Shown here: positions 62,953 through 64,000 of the stretch, piece after piece
Layout of the letters: every line of letters begins with the position of its first letter
How positions within the stretch are numbered: position 1 is the first letter of the stretch
NCBI RefSeq assembly: GCF_001194135.2
Contig: NC_069003.1
Coordinates: 10,756,182 to 10,820,181, forward strand
DNA: 64,000 nucleotides
DNA from: Octopus bimaculoides
Lineage: Eukaryota
Direction of reading: 5' to 3'
The notes under the pieces: generated by a model
Database searches by the model: none
Seen by the model: the letters and a program-made list of their open reading frames with translations, nothing else
Told to the model about the DNA's origin: nothing
Program-made: the position numbers and the translations under genes

Positions 62953-64000
62953 CTGCAGCTTCCTCCTCCTGTCTCTCGACCAATCCTCTCACCTCACAAC
63001 TGACTCTCCCTTCTCACCTCATGATTACCCCTCCCCCTTGCTTCACGATACTTCTCAAAATGCAAACCTCAGAGTTAATTGCATGAAATCAATGTAAGAG
63101 ATAAACGATCACTTCGTAAAACTTCAACCACCACCTCCAAGACAGCATTGTACTTCAGTAATGTTTGTGTGAATGTTTATTTGTGCATCCCATAAACCTG
63201 TTAGTTTGCATGTGTTGATGTTTGCATGTCATGCATGTATCCTACAATCATATTCTCTATGCTTTTCCTTTATTTGTGATACTTTTAAATTAATTCATCC
63301 TTCCAATTAGGGTTACTAATTTAGATAGTTTCAACCTGGACGAAGTGTATTTTGACACAACATAGTTAACGAAAATCGTTCCCTACACTCCAGTAGATAG
63401 TGTAAATTTAATTAATTTTGAAAATAATGTCGTGTATTCGTATTAGTTCTTTTTTGTTATGAGTAGTTTTATGATTTTAGTTGGATAACACAACTGTGGT
63501 GTGATAAGAAGTTTGCTTACCAGCCACATAGTTTTGGATTCAGTCCCATTGCGTGGTACCTTGGGCAAGTGTCTTTCACTATAATCCTAGGTTGACCAAT
63601 TATTTGCAAGTGAATTTGTGGATAGAAACTGGAAGAAGCCTGCAGTGTGTATGTATGTATGTGTGTAAAGGAAAATAACTAGTACTTTGTAAGTTACATC
63701 AGCAAGGGTTCCAGTTGCTCCAATCAACAGAACAGCCTGCTCATGAAATTAATGTGCATGTGGCTGAGCACTTCACAGACTTGTGTACCCTTTGTGTAGT
63801 TCTCAAGGGGATTCAGCATGACACAGAATGTGTCAAGACTGGCCCCTTAAATTACCGGTACAACTCATTTTTGCCAGCTGAGTGGACTGGAGCTGTGTAA
63901 AATAAAGTGTCTTGCTCAAGGACATAACATGCTGCAGGGTATCGAACTCATAACCTTATGATCACTAACCAAATCCCCTAACCACTTGGCTACATGCCCA

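Overview
AT-rich eukaryotic genomic DNA from a gapped short-read assembly (about 16 N-gaps, most next to (TA)n/(CA)n microsatellites). The repeat families (tRNA-headed SINEs, RTE and Tx1/L1 LINE relics, mariners, MITEs) look like those of Octopus; this is pattern recognition, not a database result. One gene is well supported: PRKCSH (glucosidase II beta subunit) on the + strand. Ten coding exons from 40358 to 58902 splice with canonical GT-AG sites into one open 350-codon frame (signal peptide, Cys-rich LDLa-like N-terminus, coiled coil, two EF-hand-like loops, acidic/Pro-rich tract). Its C-terminal MRH domain and HDEL were not found, so the gene probably continues past the window. The first 39 kb has no recognisable protein gene; it is mostly TE relics and microsatellites, with weak signs of a minus-strand spliced transcript near 25-27.8 kb. 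Almost all ORFs in the supplied track are artefacts of gaps, microsatellites or decayed TEs. The most unusual items are a 199-bp foldback MITE with an 8-bp TSD and Merlin-like ends carrying convergent TTAGGG/CCCTAA repeats, dimeric SINEs each inside a single TSD, several long foldback hairpins, and PRKCSH exon-structure features. I found no convincing novel multi-gene system.
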